Of a stretch of 64,000 nt of DNA, positions 63,256 through 64,000 are shown piece after piece. The position numbers and the translations under genes are program-made. The stretch lies in IMG/VR virus record IMGVR_UViG_3300031555_003626, positions 32,001 to 96,000 of that record; one strand, 5' to 3'. Each line of letters opens with the position of its first letter. Within the stretch, counting starts at the first letter, position 1. Under the pieces are notes generated by a model that saw nothing but the letters and a program-made list of their open reading frames with translations, was not told the DNA's origin and made no database searches. The DNA comes from a virus (taxonomy: Duplodnaviria; Caudoviricetes).

Positions 63256-63849
63256 ATGAACATTAAGGAACTTTTTGAGAACGAAGAACTTATGGAGAAC
63301 ATCGTAGAGGACATTGAGGATATTCCTGAAGACACTAAGGTAACTTACGAAGTCTGGGCTCTCGGCTATACCTGTGCTGAAGAGATGACCGACGCTGAGA
63401 TTCTTGTAGGTGAGTTCGATGATCCGGATGCAGCAATCGCTTGTGCTGAGAAAGTTTCTTTCAAATCTCTGCGCGAAGCCGGTTATGAGGAGCCTGATGA
63501 AGAGACTGTCTATTTCTCTATAGAAGTAGAAACTGTAGTAGAAGACCCTGAAGATGAGGGTACTATAAATCTCGGTTCTGTTTATCAGAGAGAACTCTGG
63601 ATCGATAGAGAGTACGGTTCCGAAGAAGACGCCAATCCAGTAGTTGAGCTGACCAACTCTGACTACGTAGTTCTTGAAGATGACAACACACTTAAAGTAA
63701 GTTGTAAGCTTCTTAAGGATTTCAATAAGAACGATTACGTAAAGATTAAGTTCATTGATGAACCAGAGTCTTTTGTACTTACCTACAAAATATTCTCTAA
63801 GGTAGAATACAAAGATGGTGATTATTACCATCTCGAATTCATAGGTTAA
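63256..63849 (+). CDS. hypothetical acidic protein, paralogue of 61546..61896 with an extra C-terminal domain
   Basis: GGAGG RBS; shared motifs. Confidence 0.75.
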   Translation: MNIKELFENEELMENIVEDIEDIPEDTKVTYEVWALGYTCAEEMTDAEILVGEFDDPDAAIACAEKVSFKSLREAGYEEPDEETVYFSIEVETVVEDPEDEGTINLGSVYQRELWIDREYGSEEDANPVVELTNSDYVVLEDDNTLKVSCKLLKDFNKNDYVKIKFIDEPESFVLTYKIFSKVEYKDGDYYHLEFIG

Positions 63850-63852
63850 GCA

Positions 63853-63881
63853 TTTACAAAACTCTTCATTTAATATATAAT
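63853..63881 (+). promoter_or_regulatory. sigmaA-type promoter
   Basis: TTTACA-17 nt-TATAAT. Confidence 0.65.
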
Positions 63882-64000
63882 AAGAGAGTGTTCCAAATAC
63901 ACAGCCCAACAGTGCACGGGAGAAGACACTAGCAAATCCTTATGTAACTTGTCCCCTGAATACGCAGCTTTCTCCTGTGCACACTACATAAAAATAATTA

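Noticed and set aside
1-64000. Stop-codon reassignment
   Set aside because: Conserved genes are full length in the standard code, and TAG/TGA act as real ends (e.g. 6112, 28667, 60913).

Overview
The window is 64 kb of a large, AT-rich, contractile-tailed phage genome with T4-like morphogenesis genes. Almost all genes lie on the + strand, and the standard code gives intact ORFs. The host is probably an anaerobic Bacillota, inferred from the Amidase_3 endolysin, YodL, NrdD/NrdG and strong Shine-Dalgarno sites. Gene order: (1) possible transcription/nucleoid genes (sigma-like, Mor-like, armless HU-like, possible TerS); (2) a degenerate peptide deformylase, an RHH protein and topoisomerase IA; (3) MoxR ATPase, HEXXH metallopeptidase-like, vWA and nucleotidyltransferase genes; (4) endolysin; (5) TerL, portal, fused protease-scaffold and major capsid protein; (6) neck, sheath, tube, tail chaperone, tape measure, baseplate and fibre; (7) NadR-PnuC flanked by divergent paralogues; (8) a repeat-rich non-coding block; (9) SNF2 helicase, HNH endonuclease, nrdDG and small early genes. 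Three promoter-like motif classes are visible: GCTAAATTA (16 intergenic GCTAAATT copies), TATCGTATAAT, and TTTACA-N17-TATAAT. The strongest lead is a set of non-structural proteins behind the GCTAAATTA motif that carry clustered T4-gp21-type (L/I)-x-E sites at termini and domain borders, suggesting a capsid-packaged, protease-processed cargo that is injected into the host. Other leads are a start-less ORF behind the tail chaperone that implies a +1/-2 frameshift, a probable small RNA with two anti-Shine-Dalgarno motifs, and a catalytically degenerate deformylase. All functional calls come from motif recognition by eye; no searches were run.
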